From: Xylographa opegraphella
Lineage: Eukaryota
NCBI GenBank assembly: GCA_022813865.1
Contig: JALDZX010000007.1
Location: forward strand, 62,001-126,000
Length of the DNA stretch: 64,000 bases
Reading direction: 5' to 3'
The translations under genes were made by a program, and so were the position numbers. Below, piece by piece: positions 24,858 to 37,970 of the stretch (positions are counted from its first letter, which is position 1; each line of letters begins with the position of its first letter). A model generated the notes under the pieces. It was not told where the DNA came from, did not search any database, and saw nothing but the letters and a program-made list of their open reading frames with translations.

Positions 24858-25962
24858 ATGCGAGTTGAGATATGCGGCCGTGAAGTCGGCAGTATTGGGT
24901 ACGGCATGTTGGGTCAGCAGTATCTGAACCGGCCATAGCTCACTCAGCCGCACTAACAGCGTTCTGCAGCACTGACCAAGCCGGGCACGACGGCGACAGA
25001 AGAGCAATGTTTTGCCGCGCTGCGTGCAGCTCTGTCGATGAATTGCAACCTCTGGGATGGAGGCGAGTTCTATGGCTCTCCCGACCTCAACTCGCTTACC
25101 CTGTTGTAAAAGTATTTCACTAGGTATCCCGAGGACGCGCAGAAGGTAGTCCTGAACATCAAAGGCGCTCTGAGGCCTGGCTTGATTCCCGACGGGAGCC
25201 CGTGCTTTGTGCGACAGAGTGTGGAGCGGTGTGTGCAAATGCTGGGCGGCACCGCGAAGATCGATATGTTTGAATTTGGACGCCGAGATCCCAACACTCC
25301 GCTCGAAACTACGCTAGCTACGCTGGACGAGCTGGTGCAAGAGGGAAAAATTGGTGGCGTCGCTCTGTCCGAGGTGAATGCGGAGACGATTCGGGCAGCG
25401 GCCAAGATTACCAACATCGTGGCCGTGGAGATTGAGATCTCTCTTTTCTGTACCGACCCTTTGACCAACGGGATCACCAAGGCGTGCGCCGAGCTGAACA
25501 TCCCAATCATCGCGTGAGTACACCGATAGTCACCCAGGGCATCACTGATACTCTTCCAACAGCTATTGTCCTCTTGGTCGTGGTCTGCTGAGCGGCCACA
25601 TCAAATCCTTTGAGGACCTTCCGGAGAAGGACCTTCGAAGGATGCTTCCTCGCTTTCAGCCGCCAAATTTCGAAAACAACATGAGGCTTGTCCACAAGGT
25701 TGAGACGCTGGCGCGGGAGAAGAATTGCACGGCCGCCCAACTGGCCATTGCCTGGATCGTGAACCTGAGCAAGGGACCAGAGATGCCAACGATCATTCCG
25801 ATCCCAGGAGCCACGACGGTCGACCGCATCATTGAAAACGGGAAAGGCCAGGACGTGGACCTGAACGAGACTGAAATGACGGAGATCAACCAGATACTTG
25901 TAACGTGCGAAGTAACGGGGGATCGATATCACCCGGGGGGCATGAAGTGGATTAACGGCTAG
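24858..25962 (+). pseudogene. Aldo-keto reductase (pyridoxal-reductase-like) with in-frame TAA at 25107-25109
   Basis: Exon 1 MRVEICGREVGSIGYGML, intron 24913-24969, then ...WDGGEFYGSPDLNSLTLL*KYFTRYPEDAQKVVLNIKG...IGGVALSEV...A|YCPLGRG...PIPGATT. Otherwise intact. Confidence 0.8.
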
Positions 25963-27131
25963 AATATCAATGCGCCCTGTAACCGAGCGACTGCTGAAGT
26001 CGACATCATGTCTGCTGCACCGTGCTTCTTGTCCGACATCGATTGGCTCCGCTGTCTTTCAAGTTGACGAGGACACTCCGCACTCGGCTTACCGGAGACG
26101 ATATTGGTCTGCTTCACCGGAGGGGGTGTAGGACATGGGTCCCGACAGAGTGCGTGAAGCACTCGAATTGGAAGGGCCAGATTAGGACGGTAGGGCAGGT
26201 GGCCGTGAAACAATGGAGTGTACCTTAGTGCTCGCCGTTCGTCGTTCGTCGCTAGCTTGCTCCTCATCTCGCATAAGGTACTCACTCGGCTTTGCATGGG
26301 GCGGCCCGATCCGCTTCGTAGAAAGACCGTTAGCCATACGCTATGCCCAAAGTGTCGAGCGAGCATCGCGCTAAACGCCCAGCCCTAAAAGTTACCGTCA
26401 GTCCTCCGTGCGGCGCTAGTACCGTACATACCTTAAGGTAAGACATGCATTCTTTACCGTACCTTAGCCCCAGGTAGTTCTCATGCTCGCACTGGGCTCT
26501 GCTGCACCATTTCAATTCCCAACACGCATCTACTCCCCTCAACACCAAAGATCCAGTAGTAGATCTGCGCTGGAATCTGCCTGTGATGACCATCCCGTTA
26601 TCGGCACACATGGCACTCTCTGACTTCACTCGTCCGGCCACCAGACCCGCATTCGCCCTCCCCCACTTCACTTAGACTTCAGTATCGTCGCTTCTGGCGA
26701 GCCGATCATCGATCAAGACTCACCTCCTACCCTGCCATTGCCGCTTTTCGTGCCAGGGCTTGGGGGCCATATGGCAAAATCGACAATCGGCATGCACATC
26801 AACCCCATCCGGTGGCCCCATCGACCTATCGGCCAAGGGCCGGCTGTGTACGACGATCATCGCGTGCTTGGAGGACCTGGTTCAAGCACTGTGAGCTCAG
26901 AGACCGGCCCATGGCTGTTCCGTACCTTGATACCCATGCCCTCCAGATGCCCACCAGATATGATAATGCTGGAACAGCTGGAAACTCCCATCCGATGTTA
27001 GCTCCCACTCCTCTACCGTTCCGGCCGCCATACCAGCAGCCAGCACCCTGAGTTGAAACTTTGCGCATGCTCGACTCTCCCTCCGGCCCCGCGTTCAACG
27101 TGTTTGCCACCCACCCCCCCCGGACGCAACG

Positions 27132-28754
27132 ATGTCAGCTTCTGGAGCGGATGGGCCCCGGACGTCGCTGATCTCTAACCCTCGCGAGAGCAAGCGGGGA
27201 GCGTGTGATCGCTGCCGTGGCCAGAAGCTGCGATGTCTGCGGGAGGATCAGAGTCAGGACTCCACCTGTGTCCGCTGCTTCAAAGCGGGTGCCATCTGTA
27301 GCTTTGGCACGCCCAAGCGGGCCGGTCGACCCCGAGGATCCGCTTCCTATTCTCCCCAGGAGCGGAGAGGGAATGGCGGCGGAAGCTCCAAACACGGCGG
27401 AACACCCTCGCGCTCGACTGTCAGCAGCAGTGGCCATGGAGTCTTGTTCGAGAGCAAGACGGATGGCGGCCTGCATCATGCCAACGGTGGTAGCTGGGAC
27501 GATAGTTGTTTCGTGCGAGAGAACACCGCCGAGGAAGAGAGCGCCGGCGAGACCGAGGATACGATCCCCGCACACGCGATGAGCCCGTCGTCTCTTTTCG
27601 ATACCTCCAAACTCCTAGCCGACTTCCCAGCAGTGGCGGGATCCTCCAACCCGGCTTTACCGTGGCCCGATGAAACCTTCCCGCCGTTCTACAACGACAC
27701 CGCGGGCGAAACCTCCGGTCTCGAGTCCTTTGGTCCCAAGTACAGCTGGGCCTTCCAACACTATCACGCGGGACCGATGGATATGCAAATGCTCACGGCC
27801 TCGCCCATCAATTCGGAAGGACACTCTCGCGACGTTAGCATCAACGCCTACGCCTCTGCGAACCTGCAACCTTCTCGGCACTCGGACGAGGCGATGGACC
27901 TCGACCTCCCGGACGCAAACATCCAACCCCCCAAGATCCTCGACCCCCGCGAAAAGCACACGCGAGACCACAACAAAAGCGTATGCACGACCTTCGGCGC
28001 GACCTCGACTGCCAACCCGCACTCTCAGCGCAACGCAGCAGGATCCGATGCCGGCAGCACCACCCGCGACGGCAGCCTCTCCGTGCAGGAAGGCCAGCGC
28101 CGACGCATGCAGGAGCTGTCCGAGCTCGCGATGGAGTTGTACACCCAGCTCGCAGCGCACGACCGCGAGAACGACCCGCCCGCGTGCGCCGCGCCGCCCA
28201 GCGCATTCCAGGACCAACTCGTCGGCACCGTGCTCCAAAGCTCCACCACCTTCCTCACGCTCCTCACCTCCTTCGCCCACCCGGACCACCCCTCCCTGCT
28301 CTACCCGTCCTCCGCCCCCAGCAGCAGCAGCAGCAACAGCGACAGCAGCGCCAGCAACGCGGCCAGCCAACCCAGCAGCACGAGCGCCTCGCCTTCGCGC
28401 TCCTCCTCGCACGACCCGTCCGCGCCCCCACCCTCCACGACCTGCTCCTCCGCCGCCGACCCGGCCCTGCCGCCCACCACCGACATGACCACCATCCTGC
28501 AGCTGCTCACCTGCTACATCCGCATCGTGCGCCTACACGCCCTGCTCTACAGCAGCATGCTGGCCTACACCCAAGCCGCCACCCCGGCCGGCACCGCTCT
28601 GCCGCCCGTCTTCCCCGGCCTCGCCGTCGCTGGCGTCCCGCTTGACGCTTTCGGCGCCCTGCAGCTTGGTCTGCTCCTGCGGATCGCGGTGCATGTGCTG
28701 AGCGCCATCGAGGCCGCGCTGGGCCTGCCGGATGAGTATCGTGTTGGGCGCCGT

Positions 28755-28798
<44 letters not shown>

Positions 28799-29012
28799 GC
28801 GGCGCAAGGGGGACGCTGGTGCCGGCAGCAGTGGCGGCGGTGGTGGCGGCGGTGGTGGTGGTGGTGGGGGCGTGCTTGGCGCGAGTGTCAGCGCGGGCTT
28901 CGTGCGCTGCCTGATGCGCGAGGGCGTGTGGCGCGGTGGCCGGGTCCAGGCGATGCGCGAGCAGCTGAGCCAGCTGAAGCGCGTACTGAAGGGAGCGGCG
29001 GTGGGGGTTTAA
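27132..29012 (+). CDS. Zn(II)2Cys6 pathway-specific transcription factor
   Basis: ACDRCRGQKLRCLREDQSQDSTCVRCFKAGAICSF binuclear cluster, and a C-terminal LQLLTCYIRI...IEAALGLP block typical of secondary-metabolite cluster regulators. Confidence 0.92.
28755..28796 (+). repeat. (CAG)14 microsatellite encoding poly-Gln; followed by GGY poly-Gly tract to ~28870
   Basis: Pure CAG run read directly; the protein shows Q14 then GSSGGGGGGGGGGGG. Confidence 0.95.
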
Positions 29013-29361
29013 AAAGGTGTGGGGAAAAAAAGGGAAACACGAATTTCCATCAAGGCCGGGGGCTTGTTGTCTAATGGCAGGGCTGGGGGAGGGGCGGTTG
29101 AGTGGGGTGTTTGGGGGCCTTCACAGATGACTCGGTTCTCTAGATATAGAATAGACTAGTCAAACTCTCTTAGAGGACTATCATCACACTGGGGGCCCAC
29201 TATCATTATACCGTGCGCGTGTGCCCTGACACTGCCGCAAACAGGGGGGGAGCAAAAAGTGGAGGAGAAAAAAAGCAGCACTTCGAAACGCGAAAACTCC
29301 CCACCACACGGCCACATTACCCTCCAACCAGGCCCTTCTGTCTTCATTCCACCATGACGAC

Positions 29362-32300
29362 TCAACGCTCCAACTCCTCCAGCAAAAAGTGATACCCAAC
29401 TCCAACGCCCTCCTCCCAGCCCGCGTCCCCCTCTTTCAACTTCAGATCGTGAATATGCCGCTGGCCCTTCACCTCAGCCAGGCCGCCTCTGACACCGTTC
29501 TCCCTGAGCGCGTGCGCAAAAGCGACAGCCGTCTGGAACGGCACGATCTCGTCCTCGGTGCCGTGGATGAGAAACGTAGGGGTCGTGTACGTGCCACGAC
29601 GGAGCTGGGCGAGCGGCGAGATGCTCGCGACGAGGGGCGCGGGCGGCGGCGTCGACCAGGCCGTGCCGGCGGGAGGGCGGATACTGTTGAGCAGGAGGGG
29701 GAGGCCGTGCCCTTCTTTGAAGAGGGAGAGAACTAGCTCAGAGCGCGGGTCGCCCGGGCGCACCCAGCCCAGATGGCTGCTGTCAGTGGTAGTGCCTGTG
29801 CCCGCGTAAGATGTTATCTGCAGGGAGCGAGAGGTCGTTAGCGTGTGGGTGTGGGTTTGATGGCCGTATGAGAAAAATCGTCCTCGAAACGTAGAAGGGG
29901 GGTACTTGTAGGGAGCAAGCGGTACTTACCGGTTTGGTAGGTAAAGAGGAGATAATCTTGTCCATTGACATCTGGCGTCTCGGATACATTTCGGCCCGAC
30001 GGACGTCGAGATCTGTTTATGGTGGAGGGAAGGAGTTAGCATGTGCAGGTAGTATTAGACAGAAGACTTTATAGCGAAAAAGGTTATGTAACGAGGCCGA
30101 GTAGGAAAGAAATGCAAAAGACAGGACCGAAATAGTGTAGTAGCAGACTTACCTCCAGACATGAAGTCAGTGGGCCCATAGAAGCTCAGAATAGCCACCG
30201 GGGGCTTCAGCCCTGCTTGTTTACTCGTCCACGCTGTCGACATGGCCAAATGCCCCCCAGAGGACCAACCTATGACCACAATCTTCTCTGCATCAATCGA
30301 AATACTTTTACTTCTGACAACATCCTGCAGGTCGTTTTGTACCCATGCATATGCGTCACAAACATCCGCGATAGGCCCATCGACCAAGTTTATCTCTGGA
30401 CAGAGCCGGTAATCGATGCTGACTGGCAGTAGGCCGTGAGCGAGAAGAAAAGCGGTTTGGAAAGGTCGAATTGCTTTTCTGGAAAGTGTCATGTGCCCGC
30501 CACCGTGGATCATGAGTGCTAATTACGAAAAAAAAGGTTAGCAAAAATAAGCTGGTGGAAATCAGGGACAGTGTTGAGCTAGTGTACCGATAGGCATGGC
30601 TTTTGCGGAAGCCTGGGTAGGTAGATATATATCTCCCTTAATGGAAGTGTTATCTACCTCTTTGTACACCACCGTCTGTACGGTCGGCCGTTTCTCTTCA
30701 GCTCGGGGAGGTGGAGTCACCTTTGGGTTGTTAGATGCTACTAGCAGTCGCTGCGTGTTGGACTCTGGATTTGGTCCTTGCGAATATGATATCCTGCTGA
30801 ATCCGGCCTCTTTGAATGATCGAATCCAAGACTCTGGAGGCTGCAAAGGGTATGTTGATCCATCGTTGGCGAGCCACCAACCGTCCAGCAGCCCAAAAAC
30901 AATATCATACCAGTCGATCTGCTGCGTTACTTCCGAGAGCACTATGAAGCCTTGTGGGTTGAGTATTGTTTTCAGTCTGGTAATCGTTTTCGTTTTGTTC
31001 GTAGTGGCGTGGACACAGTTCGTACCTATGACAATATCATATCTGCCCTTGAGGTGCGCTGGCATGTCCTTTTCCAGATTCAAGGGCTCGAATTCTATCC
31101 AAGGATACTTAGCAAACTTAGTCTTGGCGCCTTTTACAAGTGAAGGCGAGATATCAGTGAACTTATAGGATACGGGAACGCCGCTGGCCTCCAAAACCTC
31201 GGCTAGACGGGTAGTTGTACCGCCAAAACCGGCACCTACTTCAAGGATTCGCACTGGGTTGCCGCTGGACATGGTCCTGCTGGAGGTCACAACAGCTTGG
31301 ATGAAGGTCACGAGTTGTTCCGTTAAGGTGGACAGCATCGGCGAAGCACAGTAATAGTCTTCCATAACCTTTTGGGCTGCAGCCCCACGGAACATCAGGG
31401 ATATGGGATCAGTTTTGCCAGATAGACATTCGGCTAACTTTGGACCTGTGAGAGCCATGAGTCGAGCTTCGCCAGCGTAGGCGGGATATTTGGTAATGAA
31501 CTGTTCATGGAGCTCGTGAGACAGTGTAGCTGGGCTTTGCCAGCTGCCACGGATATAATCTGAACCTTGTGCAACCAAAATATCATGCTTCTGTAGGATC
31601 TCGAGAACTCGCATCATCATCTTTCTGTATTTAGGCTGATAAGAAATCAAGCGAACTTGCTGGCCTTGCGCCATTTGACCGACATCTGTACCGAGAGCCT
31701 TGAAAGCCTCGCATATGTATGCAAGCAGTAGTTCCTCTTGTTTTGGAGCTACCTGTGTCCAGTAATTCAGAAAACCACGCTTCGTGGCCGCTTGGTCGAA
31801 ATATGCCTCACAATGAACGAGGGCTTCCATTGGGTTACCAAGCTCAATCTCAGTCCCTTGCTCCTCCTCTGTAAGGATGCTCTTCTCAAGTCCATTCGGG
31901 TTACTCAAAGTCGCTGACTTTGTTGCCTGGGTAGTCGGTACCAACAAAGATCTTGTGTCCTGAGATGCATTTCCTACTCCTAGAAAGTCCAAGATCTCCT
32001 TCATTGTGGAGTCCAAGCTAAACCTGTCGTCCTCGATATCAATTTTGAACGCATCCTCCAGGTCACCTTTAAGCTCAACGGCGGAGAGTGAATCAATGCC
32101 AAGCTCTTGAAGGGTGGCAGTGTCCTTAATTGAGGAGATAGGGGCTCCTGATGTATCGGAAAGTAACTTCAAAGCGGTTTGGTAACCTTCTAAGCTTTTA
32201 GAGCCGGTGTTATCGCTAGTGGACATGATTGAGGATGATGGAGCAATAGGTATTGCAGCCTGAGGCCGTTGACTCGTGGGTTTAGGGGACTTCGCTCTCT

Positions 32301-35300
32301 TGGTCGAGGATAACGGAACAAAAGTATCTGAAAGAGTTCCATAACTGCTTGAAAGAAGATCTTCGGCGGCAATCTCCTTACCAAAATGTGTCTGAAGCTC
32401 CTCTGCAAGTTCAACGGCAGCCAGAGAGTCTACACCCATATCGCCGATGTTAGCATCGCGCCCTACCTCGGCTGGCGAAAGACCCGTATAGGTAGCGATG
32501 ATCTTTCGCAAGCTCATTTCAGCATCTTCATCAACTACCTCCAGTGTGGCAAGCCTGTCGTCGCTTTCGAATGATGTCGCCTGGCTACTGCTGTCCAAGC
32601 CGGGTGGAGTCTCAGTTCCTTCAACTGAAGTCGCCGTGGATGTCCTCTCCGAAGATCTTAACGGTACTCGGGTGGAACTTTCCGTCTTTGTAGCAGTCGT
32701 GTCAGACGGCTTTGCGTTGGCAGAGTCGAGGAACCTCTCAAGCTTCGATATCAAGAGCTTCGTGAACTGTGCCCCGGTAATCGTCATGGCAAGAACCCCT
32801 TCGCGTGTCATGACAAAGACGTCGCCTGCTGCTTGGCTCTCACCCGTGCTGGTGTACTTTGTGTAGACAGTCCATGACTTACAGTTGTGGAAGTCACAGA
32901 TTGGGGACATTGAGACACGGTCAACTCCTGTGGCGACGAAGACCTCTTCGCTGCTTACCAAGGCACTGCTATTGATCAAGAGGCCCACAACTTGAATGAA
33001 GGTGTCTATAGCTATCGTATCACAGTATTGAGTCACTGTGCTCTCCTCCAGCCCGAATAGTGCATCTTCTCTGAGGTCAATATTGGCTAATGCCTCTGCA
33101 TTATCCATCGTGATCGTAGAAATTCCTTGCAAGAAATCCGCATAGTGAACGACTTGGGAAAACAGTCCGTAAGCTCGGTTAGACATTAGCTTTTCGGTAT
33201 TTGGCTTATTCTGCAACTCGTCAATCCTGGAAGCAATAAGTCTTTCGTATGTGCTGAATTCAGGCTGCACCGTCATCATTATTCTTCCTTTAGCATGCGT
33301 TGAGGACCTCGACTTTCCATCGGTTTTAGAGGTGCTTTTGATGACGAAACTCCATGTCTGCGAATCGTTGGATTTTTCAAGTGCCAAGGTAGCTTCTCGA
33401 GCGACGTCAACACCTAAAGCTGCTTGGAAAGACAGATCTGCGAAGCCAAGAGTGCCAGCTTCTATGTGTCCTTGAAGTAATTGTAATCCCATTGCTACGC
33501 ACTCCATATACATTGAAGCTGGGCACAGCGGTCTTTGCCGAACCGCGTGGCCCGACACGATCTTCGTAAAACGCTGTGTTCCCAAGCAGATGTCGAATTC
33601 TTTGGAATTGTCGTTCTTGCACGCAAGTTTTCGAAGATTCACCAGTCTTAATGGCATTACTGGTTCTTGAGGTATTTCTACCGTCGATGTCTTCTCGGAT
33701 ACAAATTGTTCGTGTGCCTCAATAACTCTATCAATGTTCTTCAGCCAATGTCCGGTGGATTGAAATTGATACGGTGGGAGCCAGATCTGCTTGTAATCGT
33801 TCATCCTTGAGGGAAGGAAATTCCAGTATGATACATGAATCCCTTCACGCCAAAGATTTGTTGTCACATTTGACATGACTCTCGAAGGGCTTTGAGAGTC
33901 TGACATCTTTATGGCCTGAAGACAATGATCATCTGGGTTGGCCAGAGCTCGTTTGATCATTGGAATGATCGGTGAGTCCATACCGGCCTCTAGCCAGACA
34001 CAGGAACCAAGACGTTTCTCGATTCTTTGGACAGCATCAGCGAAGTATACCGGTTCACGCGCGTGCTGAGAAGGCCTTTTAGCAGAGAAAAGAGAGATAG
34101 GCTCCGCAGTACAAGTTTCCAGAAACAATTCCGGTTCCGAATAGGTCAGTGATTCTGAAACCTGATCGAGATCGTCGAGGATGCATCTTGTCAAATTTGA
34201 GTGAAATCCATGAGTCACTTCCAGCCGCTGGCATCGGACGCTGGAGAAGACCGGGTCACTGTTCAACAGGCCTTCGGCTTTATCGATCGCCAGTGAGGTT
34301 CCTACTACAACTTGACTTGACGGAGCATTATAGCATGCAACCTCGAGTTCTAGCTCGGCTGTACTCGTGTTGACCTTCTCGACTACCTTTCGCACGGTGT
34401 CGCGACTACCATGAATAACAAGCATGGTTCCTCTCTCAAGGTCCCATTTGGTTGCCATTAACCAAGCCCTAGACGCGACAAGTTTGAGGCCATCCTGTAG
34501 CGAGAGTATCCCTGATACTACCATGGCCGTCAATTCGCCAAAGCTGTGGCCGATTATTGCATCTATATGGAGACCGGCATCAATCCAGCATTTAGCGCAC
34601 GCATATTGCATGGCGAAGGTACCGCATTGCAGCGCAACCACATCATTCAGCGGTTCCGACTCAAACATTGATGGCAAGAAGGAAGCATACCCGAGTTTTG
34701 AAACGATCTTGTCGCATTCATCGATGTAGTTCTTTATATTTGGGTGTGAGTCGTAGAGGATTTTCTCCATGTTCACTGTTTTCTTTGTTTGTCCTCCGAA
34801 AGCTAGAACAACTCGTTTGGAAGTTTGTGGCACCTCAAAAAGGAGCTGAGCCTCATTTGTTAGACTTTCTGCAAGATTCTTGATGTCGAATGTGGAGGTG
34901 ACAAAGATTTGACGATGTACCTTGCGGCGCTTGCTGAGGGTGAAAGCTAAATCGCCTAGCTTGGGCTTTGGGGTTGAATTTTGGAGGTACCGACCCAGAT
35001 TTTGGGCATTTGCATGCAGTCCTTCTTGTGTTGTTGCACTTATAATGATCGGGTATGTTAATTCGCCTTCAAACATTGTTATCTGTTTGGAGATTTCCGT
35101 TTTTCGTGGTGGACCTTCACAACAGATCATGGCACAATTGCTTCCTGCTGCCCCATAACTGTTGACACAAGCAGCCAATAACGGTGCTTCCCAGCGAGCC
35201 TTTTCTGAAGAAATGTTCAACTTGTCCACTCCTAATGCCGGGATCTTCGGATTGAGAGATTTATGGCTGGCCTGGGGTGGAATTCCAGCGTTGTTAATCA

Positions 35301-37611
35301 TGGCGAGAACCTTAAGTAGACTGGCTGCGCCTGCGGCGGTCTCTGTATGACCAATATTGCCTTTGAGAGAGCCTACATTCAGCAGATCCGTTCTATCCTT
35401 TCCCCCAAACACTTCGCGGATGCTAGCAATTTCGAGTGGATCTCCGGCTTGAGTACCTGTCCCATGGGCTTCAACGTAGGACACCTGATCTGGCTTCATA
35501 CCAGCCTGGCGCAAAACCGTTTGATACAATTTTTTCTGGGCTGGAGAGTGTGGAATCGTGATAGAAGAAGAGAGCCCGCCTTGATTAGTTGCTATTCCTG
35601 GGATGACACCCAGAATTTGATCACCATCCGCTACCGCTTGACTGAGAAGCTTCAAAACGACCAATGCACCGCCTTCGGAGCGACAATAGCCATCAGCAGA
35701 CTGATCAAAAGGCTTGCATTGTCCTGTAGGACTTAAAAAGCCGGCTTTCGCCAGATCCAGAAAGTTGTTTATCCCGGTCATTATGTTGACACCCCCAGTC
35801 AGAGCCATGGTACACTCTCCTGTCTGCACAGCCTTACAGGCTCGATTGATAGCGACGAGAGACGATGAGCAAGCCGTATCCAAAACCTCAGAGGGGCCAC
35901 TCCATCCAAAATAATAGCTTATTTTTCCGCACAGAAATGCTCGAATTGTGCCCGTCGAGGTGTACGCCGTTGGTGGATGAGCATTTGTGTTATCTAGATA
36001 TTCGGCGAAACTGGCACCTATAAAGCATCCAACTGTGTCCCCTGATTCGCGCTGATGCGAACCCAGGTAGCCGCTTGATTCCATGGCTTGGTAGGCAAGT
36101 TCGAGGAGTACACGTTGCTGAGGATCCATGTTCAAAGCTTCTTTAGGATTGGTCCGAAAGAATGCGTGGTCGAAATTGTCAACCTGGTCAATGAAGTTGC
36201 CATAAAACTTCCTCTTGTCGGTAAATTTACGGTCTTGAGATGCGCGGAAGCTCCCAGAAATGTCGAATCTGTCTGTTGGGACTTCCACGTGTCGTGAAGT
36301 ACCGCTGGATATGAGATCCCATAGTTCTTCCATGCTGTTCGCTCCAGGGAGGCGACAAGAAGCGCCGACAATGGCGACAGCATCCCTTGGATAAGAATAG
36401 ACATCTTGTGACCTATTTGCCCGGAGTTTGTGCGTGGTGTCCGCTACCAAAGACTGGACATCCACCTTAGTGATCTGGAGCTGGAGTTTGTGGAATGGGG
36501 ACAACGGAATACAGTCGCCAATTCCAAACGTCGCAAAGGTGTGGGTTCGTCGCCCCGACAGGTCCAGGTCCTTCGCCAGCTCCGTAAGAAGGGTGTACCA
36601 TTCGCACCGCGAAGCAAGGATTACACTGACTGCCTCGTGGGTAAGAGATCCTTCTGTGATCAGGTTGCCCGTCTTGTTGGACCTTACGGGTGCTTGCAGA
36701 CTGCTCGCATGAGGAAGCCGGAGGAGCTCCGTCTTGTCGCATAGCTGGCACAGTTCTCGGGCAAGTTCGGCATTCTCGGGGTTGTGCACTTTGCCTCGGA
36801 TGTGCATTTCCTGCACTAGCAGACCCTGCTCTCTTGCGTAACATTGTAGCTTGAGAAGGACCGGTACTGGACCAACGATGCTGATGGTTTTTGGGTCGGT
36901 AACGGCGGATATGTATGACTGCGCATGCGTGTCAGAGTGTCCGCTATAAGGGGGGGATGTTGGAAACGGCGATTTGGACAACCTTACCCCCGGAAATCTC
37001 TGGATTAGCTCGTCTCCTTGACCCACTCGTTTGGTGCGAACGACAATGGTTGTCGCTCCCGGCACCGATTCATCGTCCCCAAGTTCACCGTAGGCTCCGA
37101 TTGCGAGCGCGATTCGCGCGGCTATTGCCGCGTTTTCGGCAACCTCGGACTCGTTCTCCGAACATGCAATTGCCATGGCCGGTAGCAAACCACCACAATA
37201 TCCTTGGATACCGCCCCCTGCTCGGAGCTGCGCTACGCACTGAGAGTGAGATATTCCGTGCAGCTCCAGATACTGGAAATACTGGCACGTCTGAATCACG
37301 ACCAGCAGCGGCAGCGAAATTATGCCCGACATGCGGTTGGCGATCTGGGACGATTTTCCTGTTATGATCCATTCGGATAGACCGTCTATATATCGGAGAC
37401 CTTGGCCCATATCGGCAATGTCCTGACGTTCATTGGCGAGGATGTTCCAGATGTCTTTGAGATTGAGAAGATAGCGCACAAAAGGTTCGAGATGCTTGCT
37501 GCTCTGGAGGAAGAAGTGTAGTTGGGTGAGATAATTCTCTCTAGGAGCTTTACTCTGTGGGCAGAACACCGCTGCTGAGGCCAGCGGGGGGCCATTGAGC
37601 TTGACCGACAT
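29362..37611 (-). CDS. Non-reducing iterative type I PKS: SAT-KS-AT-PT-ACP-ACP-cMT-alpha/beta-hydrolase, ~2619 aa (exons 37611-36988, 36918-30588, 30518-30153, 30012-29930, 29817-29362)
   Basis: SAT GYCGG; KS DTACSSS, EAHGTGT, GHTE; AT GHSFG; PT GHAVRQRPLCPASMY and DTFIQ; ACPs GVDSL and GIDSL; cMT LEVGAGFGG; hydrolase HGGG, GWSSG, HGTEDEIVP, HIHD. Exon sum 7860 nt is in frame. Confidence 0.95.
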
Positions 37612-37789
37612 CGCTGGCGTCAATGCGTTGTTGAAACTCGAAATCGTTGGGATGAGGTATTGCTGGTCGGTCGAGACGGGGCCTTTTGATGGAGCCTCGA
37701 GAAGACATGTGCTCTTTGGATTGTTTCTTAGCAAACGCTCCAACTCCCATGTGTCTTCCGGAGCGTTGATCCAACGCCATGACCATTGA

Positions 37790-37970
37790 CACCGATTTCG
37801 GAAGCCCGTTGAAACTAGGCCGCCTGTTTAGGGTCGAATTCGGTTTAATTGAAGTCGTCTACAGAACCTTCGGATTAGGAGGTTTGTTCGGTCTTAAGTT
37901 CGGTGTGCAAGAACACGATACATCGCAAATTCGCATTCGGCAGGTTTAGCGCATAATCTTTCGGAGCTTG
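37790..37970. promoter_or_regulatory. Divergent PKS/P450 promoter with seven same-orientation TTCGG sites (candidate Zn2Cys6 half-sites)
   Basis: TTCGG at 37797, 37839, 37869, 37887, 37899, 37936 and 37960. Confidence 0.6.

Noticed and set aside
25106..25123. GTAAAAGTATTTCACTAG as an 18-nt intron that would remove the AKR stop codon
   Set aside because: Far shorter than other introns here (~50-140 nt), lacks room for a branch site, and would delete the conserved-looking KYF segment.
29362..37611. Assignment as a mycophenolic-acid, DMOA-meroterpenoid or tropolone-sesquiterpenoid cluster
   Set aside because: No prenyltransferase, terpene cyclase, IMPDH or TropB-type FAD monooxygenase is present in the window, and the PKS ends in a hydrolase rather than a reductase.
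37612..37743. 44-aa N-terminal PKS extension, and similar TTG/GTG-initiated extensions on the 14076, 15870, 19288 and 44267 ORFs
   Set aside because: These come from non-ATG starts in the ORF track; downstream ATGs coincide with domain or signal-peptide starts.
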